Shown one piece after another: positions 1-12,000 of a stretch of 52,068 bases of DNA. Position 1 is the stretch's first letter, and the number at the start of each line of letters is the position of its first letter. The DNA is from an uncultured Clostridia bacterium (GTDB lineage Bacteria > Bacillota > Clostridia > Christensenellales > UBA1242). The position numbers and the translations under genes were made by a program. The notes under the pieces were generated by a model. The model was not told where the DNA came from, searched no databases, and was given only the letters and a program-made list of their open reading frames with translations. The stretch is taken from positions 1 through 52,068 of the forward strand of contig CANQHL010000002.1 in assembly GCA_947623775.1 (NCBI GenBank), given 5' to 3'.

Positions 1-77
1 AACAACCCGGCACATAGTAACACAATAATAAAGAACAAAGCAAAAAGTGATTTTTTGTTAAAAAGTTTTTCTTTCAT
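1..77 (-). CDS. N-terminal fragment of a secreted or membrane-anchored protein (gene continues past the left edge)
   Basis: ATG at 77-75 with GGAGG 4 nt upstream. Translates MKEKLFNKKSLFALFFIIVLLCAGL, a basic N-terminus followed by a hydrophobic signal/anchor. Absent from the ORF track because it is truncated. Confidence 0.5.
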   Translation of the reverse strand, partial: MKEKLFNKKSLFALFFIIVLLCAGL

Positions 78-225
78 ACTCCCTCCTTTATTTAATTACC
101 AAAGATGCCTTATATAATAATTATAGATATTTTTAGTTCTCCCCGTCAACTTATTTTGTCGAATTTTGTCAGATTTTAGTCAAATTTATGAAATTTTATA
201 GTATTTATACTATATCTACATTAAT

Positions 226-256
226 ATTATACCAATCCCCCCCCCCATTATGTCAA
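226..256 (-). promoter_or_regulatory. Consensus sigma-A-type promoter with a G10 homopolymer (C10 on the + strand, 237-246) inside the spacer
   Basis: Minus-strand reading: TTGACA (256-251), 19-nt spacer taatGGGGGGGGGGattgg (250-232), TATAAT (231-226). Points toward the truncated gene starting at 77. Confidence 0.6.
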
Positions 257-384
257 GTTTTTTACTAATAATTTTACACAAATTTAAAAAATTTTTTATA
301 AAAATGAAATAATACACCGATTTTTTCAAAATTCAGGCTTGGCATGATGGGTCTATATTTCCATGAAAATCGTAAGATTGGTGA

Positions 385-705
385 ATTTAAAAGACAATGA
401 AATTTAATGTTTCAAATATCACATCATTCGATTTAAAAGACAAAGAAATATGGATTTTTTAATTAGCACACAATTCGCTAAATATGGAGACTAAGTCTCC
501 CGTCCAACATCTGGTTGGGTGCATTATGCACTTTTTGTTCACTTCGTGTGCCTTAGGCACTTTTTGTTCATTTCGTGTGCCTTAGGCACTTTTTGTTCAC
601 TTCGTTTATGTGGTATTTAAAAGATAATGAGATTGAATGTTTTAAATATAATCAAATTCGCTAATGATGGAGACTAAGTCTCCCGGCAAGCATCGGGTTT
701 GGTTG
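385..705. repeat. Structured intergenic repeat family, inverted relative to the copies at 49.7-50.3 kb and 51.4-51.9 kb
   Basis: Contains ATTCGCTAA(T/A)xATG + hairpin GGAGAC-TAA-GTCTCC (486-500 and 669-683) + CGTCCAACATCTGGTT / CGGCAAGCATCGGGTTTGG. Three tandem ~31-bp units follow, each a hairpin GTGC(A/C)-TTA-(T/G)GCAC + TTTTTG (519-600). Reverse complement matches the 49.7-kb units. Confidence 0.8.
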
Positions 706-731
706 CTTTTTATTTTTAAAAGTTGTATAAT
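703..731 (+). promoter_or_regulatory. Probable promoter of the nucleotidyltransferase gene
   Basis: TTGCTT (703-708), 17 nt, TATAAT (726-731). The RBS and ATG at 748 lie 17 nt downstream of the -10. Confidence 0.55.
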
Positions 732-747
732 ACTAAAGGAGGATTTT

Positions 748-1602
748 ATGAAAGGTGTTATTTTAACTGCCGGTGGCGCAACAAGACTGAAACCTATCAC
801 CGATGTGTATGGAAAAGCACTTGTGCCAATTTACGACAAACCTATGATTTATTATGGAATAAGTCTTTTAATCAAAAGTGGTGTTAAAGATATTGCTATT
901 GTTTGCAGTCCAAGTGATTTGAATCTTTACCGCTCCATGTTTGATGGAAGATTTAAAAATCTGGGACTTGATTTTAAAGTCTACGTTCAAACCACGCCGC
1001 TAGGAACAGCCGATGCCGTGAAAAGTGCACTGCCTTTTATTGAAAATGAAGACTTTGTGCTGCTTTTTGCCGACAATATCTTTGTTATGGAGGGCATGGA
1101 AACGCTTCTAAAAAAGGCAATACGGGAAAATGAAGGACTTGTTATGTTTACCCTTCCTGTAAGCAATCCGGAAAAATTCGGAGTTGTTAATGTGCAAGGT
1201 GACAAGGTTGTTGAAATGGAAGAAAAACCAGAAAAACCTAAGACAAATTTGATTGCAACCGGTCTTTATGTTTTATCAAAAGAAACATCTGCCAAATTGC
1301 AAGACTTGAAATTGTCACCACGTGGCGAATACGAAATGACTGATATTTATCAATCATACATAAGTGAGGGCAAATGCAGACAAGTCACTCTTCCCGAGAG
1401 TTGCAAGTGGTTGGATACGGGGACATTTGATTCACTTCTTGAATGCTCACAAACAATCAAGGATTTTGAAGATAAGCACGGAATTTATGGTTGCCCTGAG
1501 CTTGAACTTTACAAGCAAGGATTTATAAGCAAAGAAAATTTGCTTTCAAGCATTGAACATTATAAAAAAGATTATAAAGATAAAATTTTAAAATCCTTGT
1601 AG
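748..1602 (+). CDS. rmlA: Sugar-1-phosphate nucleotidyltransferase, RmlA/RfbA-like (glucose-1-phosphate thymidylyltransferase family)
   Basis: ATG 748 with AAGGAGG (736-742) 5 nt upstream. Family motifs run along the whole length: LTAGGATRLKPIT, VPIYDKPMIYY, EKPEKPK, RGEYEMTD, WLDTGT. The ORF-track start at 664 lies inside the repeat element and upstream of the -10. Sugar and nucleotide specificity cannot be read from sequence. Confidence 0.85.
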   Translation: MKGVILTAGGATRLKPITDVYGKALVPIYDKPMIYYGISLLIKSGVKDIAIVCSPSDLNLYRSMFDGRFKNLGLDFKVYVQTTPLGTADAVKSALPFIENEDFVLLFADNIFVMEGMETLLKKAIRENEGLVMFTLPVSNPEKFGVVNVQGDKVVEMEEKPEKPKTNLIATGLYVLSKETSAKLQDLKLSPRGEYEMTDIYQSYISEGKCRQVTLPESCKWLDTGTFDSLLECSQTIKDFEDKHGIYGCPELELYKQGFISKENLLSSIEHYKKDYKDKILKSL

Positions 1603-1611
1603 TGGTGAAAA

Positions 1612-2193
1612 ATGCCAAAAAGTGAAATCACAGTTGAAGTTTTTAATAATTTTAAGGAAATCAATCAAATTTTAAATGATAGGGGTTATAATATCGTTGA
1701 AAAGTACACTCTTTTTGATTGTTATTTTTCTAAATACCCATTGTCGCAACTTGAAAAAATGAGTTATATCGACATTTTAAATAATTCAATTTTGTTGCGG
1801 GAATGCCCCGAAAACAGCTTTAAAAAAATGGTTTTCAAGAAAAAAGAAATAGATGAAAATCAAAATGTAATTGCAGAAGAAAAAATTTCAACTTATGTGA
1901 ATGATATTGAGAGTGCAAAAGCAATTTTTTTGGCTGCCGGTTTTTGCGAATGGTGCAATCTGACAAATAAAAGTTACGTGTTTGAAGATGGCGAACACTC
2001 ATTTGTAATTCAAGTTGTGGACGACCTCGGAATTTTTCTTGAACTTGAAGAAAATGAAAAAATGCAAGGAGAAAGCAAGGAAAAAATTTCTCAAATGACT
2101 GCTTTTGTTAAGACGCTGGGATTAAACCTCGGCTCTGATTTTTCTTGCAAGAAAAATTATTTGAAATTTCAAAAAGAGTTAAAACATTATTGA
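1612..2193 (+). CDS. CYTH-domain-like protein (CyaB/thiamine-triphosphatase fold), tentative
   Basis: Starts 10 nt after the previous stop (operon-like). N-terminal EITVEV strand and C-terminal GIFLELEENE resemble the ExExK and G.F.E.E signatures of CYTH proteins. Size ~190 aa. Confidence 0.5.
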   Translation: MPKSEITVEVFNNFKEINQILNDRGYNIVEKYTLFDCYFSKYPLSQLEKMSYIDILNNSILLRECPENSFKKMVFKKKEIDENQNVIAEEKISTYVNDIESAKAIFLAAGFCEWCNLTNKSYVFEDGEHSFVIQVVDDLGIFLELEENEKMQGESKEKISQMTAFVKTLGLNLGSDFSCKKNYLKFQKELKHY

Positions 2194-3035
2194 TTTTTGC
2201 GTTTTGGGAACTTTATAATTACGATACATGCAGACATCACAAAAAGCGGAATAAACAATGCAAAAAATATCCACCAGCCATAGTGAATTTGCAAAATGCT
2301 AAGGCTTATTTTGTCGTCTGCTTTTAATGAGTTTTCCACCCATATATGATGATAATGCCCGTCACTGCCCCGATAGGACAAATTTGCATTGGATTTCAGT
2401 TGCTGATATGGCGTGGAATAAATGTATATAAACTGTGGATTATATTCGCTTTTGATTTCATCTTCAAACGAAAACCCCTTTGCCGCATCCAAAAACAAAT
2501 TTCTATATCTCTCGCCGACAAGTGTTTCCCCATCTTTCATTTGGGCTGAAAAGGGAAATACACCCTCGCTTTTTTGCTTGGTGAGAAAAAGTCCGTCTTG
2601 CGTTTGCGCTTGATTTTCGGACTTGTGATAATATTGCCATGAAGCTGTTGATGTGAAGATAACATCAAAACCCGCACAACTGTTTTTCTCATCATACTCC
2701 ACATTTGTCAAAAGCACACCTTTATTGATTCTGTACTCTTTCACCGGATTTTCTATGTAGGTTAATGCCAAAGACACGAGCATTTCATTACGCAAAATAT
2801 CAATCTTGGACTGCAAACTTTTTCTGAATTCCAACTCCTCTTTTAGCGAAGATGAAACCCGTTTCATTTTTTGATTGTCAATGCCAAATCTTACACTCTG
2901 GGTGATTGTGCTGCCACTATTTGACAAAGATAACAAAATATATTCGTTTGAAATTTCAATGCTTTTAGTTTTTGTGCAACCGCATAAAACAGACATTGTA
3001 AGCAATAAAATTATTAAAAATGAAATCTTTCTCAT
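2187..3035 (-). CDS. Lipoprotein with C-terminal transmembrane anchor, function unknown
   Basis: N-terminus MRKISFLIILLLTMSVLCGC (signal peptide + lipobox-like LCGC). C-terminal hydrophobic stretch WWIFFALFIPLFVMSACIVII. 3' end overlaps the convergent CYTH-like gene by 7 nt. Confidence 0.7.
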   Translation of the reverse strand: MRKISFLIILLLTMSVLCGCTKTKSIEISNEYILLSLSNSGSTITQSVRFGIDNQKMKRVSSSLKEELEFRKSLQSKIDILRNEMLVSLALTYIENPVKEYRINKGVLLTNVEYDEKNSCAGFDVIFTSTASWQYYHKSENQAQTQDGLFLTKQKSEGVFPFSAQMKDGETLVGERYRNLFLDAAKGFSFEDEIKSEYNPQFIYIYSTPYQQLKSNANLSYRGSDGHYHHIWVENSLKADDKISLSILQIHYGWWIFFALFIPLFVMSACIVIIKFPKRKNQ

Positions 3036-3057
3036 AAAATATAAATATTTAGCAAGT

Positions 3058-3089
3058 GCAAAAAAAAGAATATCAAAAGCTGATATTCT
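3058..3089 (-). terminator. Intrinsic terminator after the giant surface-protein gene
   Basis: Minus-strand AAGAATATCA-gcttt-TGATATTCTT hairpin (10-bp stem, 3065-3089) followed by a T-run (A-run on the + strand, 3060-3066). Confidence 0.75.
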
Positions 3090-3097
3090 TTTCTTTT

Positions 3098-6000
3098 TTA
3101 TTGGGTTATAAATCTTGCCTTATAACTATCTCCATTATGGTAAATTTCCAAACTCTTGCCGTTTTTACCCGCAATAGTTGTTGGTGCAAGGTCTCTTATG
3201 TTGTCAACACCTTCGGTTCTGGAATCCTGCGAAGCGTAGTTGTCGCCTTCATTGTTAACCTGATTTTTTTGCCCTTTAACAACACCAACAAGTTTTTGCC
3301 CTGAAACAGTATCGACAAGTGCATGAATGTAGCCCTGATCTATTGAAGCAGCAATGCCACCAAACATGTCACCATTAGAGCCCTCTCCTGGACTTTGTTC
3401 ACTTCGTCCAATTTGTCCATTGTTGTAAAGATAATCTAATTTGCCATTTGCATTGGTAACAACTATTCCGCCACCATAGCAATGTATTGGACAATTGCTA
3501 TCTGCTCCAAATGTTATATCACCCTCGTTTCCGCAATAAGAAATTGTTGCGTTATCACTATTACCAAGCACTATACCCGCAAGGTTTATAAAGCTGTCAT
3601 TTACCGATGCCATAACTGAAATGTTGCTTTCATTGAAGCATGTGTCAATTTTGGCAACTCCCGAAATATTGAACAATGCAATTCCTGCAAATGCAAAGTT
3701 TAAAGTTAACCCTTGAGGTGCTGTAAAGTTCAAACTATATTTATTGTAGCACTCTGTTATGCTTGCCCTGTTGACTGCGACAATGCCGCCAATAAATACT
3801 CTGTTGGCTCCATCACCTTTTAGCTTTATCGTTAAGTTTATGAGTGAAACATTGCTTATCTTGCCATTGTTTTCATAAGCAAGAGGTGCAAACATTATTT
3901 GATTGTTTTTAAGTTGATATGCTGAATCCTTTCCATCGGAAATCTCGTAATTGATGTTTAAATTGCTTATTGTTGCCCCGCTTTCTATCGTCTTGAACAA
4001 TGATGAGTAATTGTTGAATTTGAGGTCGGATTGGCTGTATCCGTCTAATACAAATCCATTTTTCTCTTCATCTTTTTCAATAATTGTGTCACTTATGATT
4101 TTTACTTCGTGACCTTCACCACTGAGTGACGCTTTGAATGATTCAAAAATACGCTTTCCGTCTTCAAATAAGTAACTAATTGGAATATCAAAATTGCCCT
4201 TTAGTGCGAAGTAAATTCCATTTTCATTTCGCAATCTCATATTCTTAAAGTCGTCAGCACTGTAAATTTCATATGCAGTTTCACTGCTCGTGCCGTCACC
4301 CTTGCTGAACAAGTTGTATTTGACATCTTTTGTGCTTGAATATGCAACGCCCTCACTGTAAATGTACAATTTATCTTCTTGTTCATTCAAATACCTTACC
4401 TTAATATATATGGTTCGAGCATAAATTGTACCTATTTGTTTTGGCATATAAAATTTGTTATTTATATCTTTGTCTATATTGTAATCTATAATGAAGCCGT
4501 TTTCTGGTTTGTTTCCAATTGTCATGCTTATATAATATTCTTTTGCAAGACCATCATCTTCTTCCCAGTTCCATTCAAATCTTTGCAACTCTTCGTTCCA
4601 AGTAAGGGTTAATCCCTCAGTTGATGTGGCTTGAACGTCCATTGTTGTTAAGTCACTCAAAAGCAATTTCTTGGCATTAACTTGAGTCACTTCCTGAGCA
4701 TCTATAACTTGTATTTGCAATTTTGTATAGTTGCTTGCAACGGTGAATTTCTTGCTGATCGACATGTTGTCAATTTCAGTTGGAGAAACCTCTTCGCCAT
4801 TTGTTGTAACATTAATCACAATCTTATAGCAAGACTTGTCGCCGGTGATGTCTACCGAATCAAAATACTCTGTAAAGTCAATGATTGTTTTATCATTTTC
4901 AAGTTTGACTTCGTATAAGTCTTTGGTCATGTTTTTCAGTTTATAAACATCTTCTATCACTAATGGTTGAGATATAATTGTACCCTTTCCATATGCGTAT
5001 ACACTTAAAGTTATTGCTCCAGAGCAATCATTGAGTTGTCCTTCGTCAGGAACATATACGACTTTTATCTTATCACCCTCAACATTATCGCGGGCAAAAC
5101 TGTATTTACCACTAACTTCAACCCGTCTTTGGTCACCCGATGGAGTTTGATAATCGGCGTAAACTGTGAGTCTTTCCGCCGTATCTTCATCAGTGTAATC
5201 CTTTTCTGGATTTGGTCTTGAATTTGCAAAATAAATTGTATTGTCAATTATAAATGATATTTCACCATTGTCCACGCCATCTCCTGTTAACCTTTTTTCA
5301 AGGTAAGGAGTTCTTGTTTTGGTAAATCTTTCCTCATCATTCACCTTGCTTCGCAGAACTTGTGCCCCATCTTCATAGAAAACTTTTTCATGAATTATGA
5401 AATAATTTCCTTGTATGCTCTTCTTGGCATTTGCAACACTGCTACCGTTCTCCACACGTTTTGCCGCAACAACTGTTACTTTCAACGTGTAGTATTCATA
5501 ATTCGTATCAAAGTTAAGACCATCAAAGACTGTCACATCAGGCTCTATCTCGCTGTAGAAAAACGTGTCATGTTTGAGTCCCGCATCGGAGTTGCTTTCA
5601 TAATATGAGATGACAATTTCATAAATAAGTTCGACTTTCTGTTTGCCTGCAAACTCACCATCATATACCTCTGGCAAATTATCGACGTTGGTTGGAATGC
5701 TTACGCTGCCTTTCTCAATGACGTAAGGGTCTGCCTGACTTAACATTCTTGCCTGCAATACAGTTTCTGCAGATTTCAAAATAGGATTGATTTCCTCTCC
5801 CTCGGCATTGAATAATTTCAAAATGTATTCTGCACCATTTGACAAATCTTCATTTTTCTCCATTTGGAAGGTGCCACCATTTCCGCCTAAGAACGCATGA
5901 TATTCAGTTGCACTCTCCTCCAAACTGCAATAACCTGTCATATATTGAGGTACAACATCCTTAGGGTAAATGTCGCTTTCATAATAATAGCCATCTCCAC

Positions 6001-9000
6001 CGGCTACAAGTGTATTGTTGTTGCCCATAAAGAACTTCAATGTTCCGGTGACTTCAGCGTCTCTTTGGTTGTATCCTATCACTATATTGCCATTGCTGGT
6101 TGAAAGGGTTGGTGCTTGCAATTTATACACACCCTCGCGTCCGCCTAATTCACTCTCTTTTCCAGCAATCATATAAGTGAAACTTTCAACTACAAGAGAG
6201 CCATTCATTTTATCATATGAGCCACTGAGTGCAATGCTTATATACTCATAATTGCCTGTTGTATCAAAGTCTATTAATGCCTTGCCTTCTTTGTCAAATT
6301 CAAGTTGTTTTGAAGATTGTTCGCCGCGTTCATGCTTATATTTTACAAGCAACTTAAATTCACGACCAATGTCTCCGCTTACACTTATTGTGCCTGAATC
6401 AAACACAATATTTGACGCATCAAGGTCAAGATATGTCAAGTTGAATACTGCACTTTTGCCGTTTATGACATATCCCATTCGAGCCTCGCTGCTTAACGCT
6501 GCTGGACCATTATCATTTGCACAAGCATAAACATCAACTTGCAATTTCTCATTGAACGTCAAATCTTTGTCGTCTAATTCCTTTCGGAGTTGGGTCATGT
6601 TTACTTTAAACTTTTTGCCCCCATCAAGTGTAGTTATAACATTGTTGATTTCCGTGTCGTCTTTGCGTATACGCCAAATTTTTTCATGTTCATCATATTC
6701 AATTTTTAATTCTACGCGATCATTTTTTGATGGAGTGCCACCGACAAATTTTCTTATTGACATTTTGTAAACAGTTGCCATTTGATCAACATAAGTTTCG
6801 CCATTATAGAATTTTGTGTTTTGTGCTGTAAATTCTGCGTAATAGTAATTTTTGCCGTTTTCTCTGTCTTCCTCTTCCGTCAAATCATAAATAGGTGCCG
6901 GAGAAATGTAAACAGGAATTGAGCTGTCACAAACATCTGATTGTATATTGGATGAATCACTTCCTTGATATGCCGTAAGTTGATATTCTCCCGCAGGAAT
7001 AGAATTGCCATAATCATCAAATAGTATGCCATCATCTGCTATACCCATTGCGGATTCTTGAATAAGCTTGTTTATCATAACTCTAAGATTGGTTGCATCA
7101 TTGTCCGCTCTTATTTCTATTTCATAATCATTTAATGCTTTTAAATATGATGTGTTTTCATGACCTCCAGCATGATAATACTCAATTTGCATATCAGGAA
7201 TAAGTTTGTATGCAGGAACAGTCATTTGATAAGTTTTATTTGGTCGTACTCCATCAGATGACATTTGTGTGAATTTTAACACTAGTCGCATCTCAGAGAA
7301 TCTGCCAACTTCAAATTCAAAAGGTGCGGTATAAGAACTAAGTCTTTCTTGTCCCATAACAATTGATTTATATCCGCCGGCAGGAGCGCTTTCTCCAAAA
7401 CCCGTAATTATATCTTGCATAAACTGAGAATCTTTAAATTTATCTTTGTTAAATACGATTTTTCCATTTTCAACTTGAAGTGAATATGGTTTGTTAAATT
7501 TCTTAAAGTTTATACCTTGGCTTAAATCTGAAGATAGAACTTTTTCGTCGGCACTTATTGCCTTAATTTGAATGGTATATACAGTTCCCGGACTTATGAA
7601 AGTAAATTCACTTCCACTCAAATTTATTGTGCTTATGCTTGAATAATATCTGTTTACTTCTATTTTTTCTTCACCCTTTATGAAATATATCAGATATTGT
7701 CCTGGACGCTTTGTCTCATCGGCGTTATAAATGTTTTCCCATTGTATATTTAATTCATTGTTGTTAATATAATTTCCTTCACTTGTTGTGCTGTTCAACT
7801 TATAGAAATCAAAGTCTGTCGGGTTGAACTGATAATAATTTGAGGCTTTCAATCCAACTCTTGAAACCTTTATATGAATGTTTCCGCCGTTGACCATCGC
7901 AAGTAAATCATCAAGGCATAATCCATAGCATTCTTTATATGAATTGCCGTCAGTTTCACTTCTTTCTTTCGAGAAAGCACCTTTGTCCCCTTCTTCTGTT
8001 GCACGGGTTGACCAATATCCTGCTGCATCTTCTTTTTTGACAAAGATTCTTGTAGTTGCCTCTTCCTCTTCAAAATGAGTTCCATTACCATCTTCATTTG
8101 GCACCATATTGTATACTGTGTAAGTTACGTCAACAACAAATCCTTTTGTAATATCATCTGACGACTTTTCAAATACAATATAGTCTTTGTCAAATGTTCT
8201 TATTCGTCTAGAAGTTGCTGCTGTGTCAATTTTGTAACCAAACTCAAGTTGTTTATAATCCGCTCTTACCGAACCCTCAACCGCTATTGTAAAATCAAGA
8301 CGAATGTTGTCATTATCATGATACGAGGTCAATGTACTATCAAATAGATAAAGTATATCAAGTAATGAGATTTTATAAAGCCCTTGTGTTTCACTATCCT
8401 CAATCGGCGTGAATTCTTTTACATTACTGCTGTTTTCATCTTTTATAACTCTGAATTTTATGCGATCCTCATTATTTTCATCAGTAAAAATTTTAATGCA
8501 AATGACACCAATTTCATCATCAGATTCATCAATGGTGATGGTCTCTATACCTGCCAACTTGATTCCGTTTATATTAAACTCTGCACTTGGCAGCACATTG
8601 CTTTCGCCCGGCTCTAAATCACATGCAATCACTCGTATAGTATATTCGCCATCATTTTCCAAAAGGAATCCATCTTGCATTAAATCAAATTCTTTTACGC
8701 CCGACTCCAACGCTTGCACCTTAGGTGGCTGTGTGCCAATTGTAAATTCAATAATGTATCCAGCATTATTATTGTCGTCCTCAATTGTAAGAAGTCCATT
8801 GTCCTCATTAACTTGCATGCTGCCTTTCTTGTATCTGCTGATTGTAAATTCAGTTATGTTTGAACTTATCGAATTTTCTTGGAAAACTTGAATACTTATG
8901 ACTGTATCTCCCTCTTCAAATTGCACTTCTGATGTTAGTTCAAGCACGTAATTATTTGATTCGTCCTTACTGAATGTATAAATGGTTGTCTTGTCAATAT

Positions 9001-12000
9001 TTGGTTTTACAAGAGATTGTAATTTTAGCCCATCTTCATATCCCGGAATTGTAAGATTTTCACCAAATTTAAAAACAAAGTAAACTTCACTATGTTCTGA
9101 CCAAAGATCGGTAAACGTTATTTTTAATGAGCCTTTTAATTTTCGATTTATAGCCCCCGTCTCGACTGTATTATCCACAAATGTGTGTTTTACACCCTGA
9201 ACGTCTTTAAGTTTTCGCGATGCTATTTGATCTGCTTCATTGCTTCCATAATAAATGACTGTCTCATACTCGGTATTTATTGCACATGTGTAACCATTTA
9301 TAATTGACTCTTTTACATCAATTTCCACATCATCATTGGTGAGTTTTGCATTCTTTTGACTTAATTGTTCCTCCAAATCTACAAGTTTGATTGATGTTTC
9401 ATTGTCAAATGAGAATGGATAAGTGTTTCCGTTATTTTTTATTTCAAGGTTATATTTAAGAGGCCATTGTGAATATTTCGATGAATTTGCCGTCAAATAG
9501 TCACATAATTCAGATGTCCAACTTATGACGCCGCCCTCGATGGATGCTTTAAATTCTTCGGTTGCAACATTTTTAAGTGTGATTGTAACAGGGTCTGAAT
9601 CCAAATAATAATAAGGCTTTTTGTCATTATTGTCTGCTTCAAATATTATTGTGCTTGCACCACTCTGCTCTTTAAGTATGGCAGACGCGTGTGTAACTTC
9701 TTTTGAAAAAGTCATTTCCACACCTTGCAGTTTTACATGCAATGTGTTTTGTGGATCAGTGACCGGCACAGTTATTGTGTACACATCATCTGAAACACCA
9801 TCACTTGTAACCCCAAGGCTAACCTCTGATGGAGGTGTTAACTTTTTGATATATATAGGTTCAGACAATTTTGAATTAAGTTGCTCGCTATGCTTAGCCA
9901 TAATTGTAATTTTCTTTTCGGTGAGATAATCACTTGCTAATTCATCTTTACTTATGCTGAGGCTTAAATTGTAATCTTGTTGTTTGATTTTTCCGTCAAC
10001 GTAAATGTCATATTTGCAACCATTTGCCACAGATTCCCAACTTACTTGTTCACTTTCAACATCAAACTCTAATGTTGGAGTTGCAAGCGTTTTGATAACA
10101 AGAGTGTTTCCACCTTGATTTGTTCTCGCCTTGGACGAAAATAGAATGTACTCGTCCCCTACATATCCATTTTTGTAAGCAATAAGCTCAACGTTAAATT
10201 CCTTTGTCTCTGATTGAGCATAGGCTGTTGCAAAAGGTCCGCCCTTTGAAAGTTCTTCATCTATAAACCTTTGCATCTCAAAACGGCATTCAAGACTTTG
10301 CAAGAAAAATCTTTGACTACAATCGGACAATTCAGAGTTTTTGAGAACGATTGCCAAATAGAAATCTGCAGTTTTATCATCTACACTCGTCCAAGTGAGA
10401 TTTCCATCTGTATATTTTAATTCAGTCGGTGTCTCAATTCTTCTAAACTTGTAGGTTGCAGGAATTGAACTTAAATAATATTCATTCCCCTCATTCTCTT
10501 TTGCTTGCAATGTTATTTGCAGTTCAAAATAGGCACCAAACGTTGTTTGATCAAATAAATCAAATCCGCGATAAATGGTAGAAGTACCTTCCCCGGACAA
10601 ATCAAATCCAGGACCAGCTATAAGGGTTGTTTGGTTAAATAAAGCCCGTGAATAACCTCTTTCTAGTGGTTGATTTCCATTTAACAAAACAACGGCATTT
10701 TTTGACAATGAACTCTCGTCATAAATAAATAATTCTTGTTTATTATATTCGCCATAGTTATCTTTCGTTTGATCTTTAACTTCAATCGTCGGCTTATCAA
10801 TTCTTGTAACAAAAAGTTTTGATTCACAATCCTTATAAATCGTAGAATCATATTCTGCCCCGAGTTTGTCACCTGCAAGACATTCTACTTTAATTTGATA
10901 TTTCTTTGCTTCACTAAATCCGTCTTTGAAATTGTATGTATACTTTTCTTCTTTTATTTGTTCAAGACTAACCTCGCCATCTTTGTTGTCATCGACATAA
11001 ACAATAAATTTGCCTGTATGTTCTTTGATTGTAACATCAAGATGAGGTGTGTCATCTTCTGAGAATGTAACTTCCGGTGTATCAATTTGTCTTTCTACTA
11101 TAAATTGAAATTTTGCAATCCTGTCCTCGTCGTGGAAATTTGAAGAAAAGTACATGTCTCCATTAAATGTATCAAGTGGAAGGCTGAGAATTTCTATAAC
11201 ATAATATCCTTCTGTAGGTAGAGGCATTCCGGGAACAACAATTGTTGTATCATTTATTGTATCTTGCGCAACTTGCGAGCCTGTTTCCTTATTGTAAGTG
11301 GAATCGGTTTTGTAAATTGTGTACTTATATCGGCATGGCTGGTTAATTTCATTCCACGAAAAATATCCATTTGTCTGTGACAAGCTTTTTGTAGCAACAT
11401 CAAGAATGGTGAGAGTTTTTTCTTTTTCACTTAAAATAGCAATATCAACCCCTTCTTCTCTTCTGCCTGCAACCACCTTTATTTTATACTCATCGTGTAC
11501 ATCATGTAGTGGCTCGTGCTCCTTTAAATTCCCGATCGACAATGTAACTTTATCTTGTGCTTTGGTTGTTGTAGATTCCACAAATATGTCATTCACGTAA
11601 ACTTGATAATAGTTTGCATTTGTAATTGCATCAAATGTCAATTTTGATGTTGTGCCCTCAAAACTATGTACTATATTTGAAAAATTGCCAAGTTTATATA
11701 TCTCATAACTTACTTCATCGGAATCAATAACATGATTGACGTGATTGCCGTTGTAATAAAAATCTTCAACTTGTTGTGTTTCTCCATTTATTACAGGAAG
11801 TGCGGTAAAATGCAAATTATATTTACCTGCGGTTAAAGTTGGAAGTTCAAAATTTGCCGTGACGCCACTTGCAGTCACATCATGTGTAATTGTTTTCCCT
11901 GCACAAGTAATTTTAAAATGTGTCAAATAACCACTCTCTGAGAATGTCACTTTTGCCACATTTCCATCAATCAAAACTGTTGGAACGTGCATTGCAAGTT

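Noticed and set aside
664-747. N-terminal 28-codon extension of the nucleotidyltransferase ORF (ORF-track start at 664)
   Set aside because: The extension lies inside the repeat element and upstream of the predicted -35 and -10 boxes (703-731). It lacks an RBS. The ATG at 748 has AAGGAGG at optimal spacing and aligns with the canonical MKG(I/V)IL start of the family.
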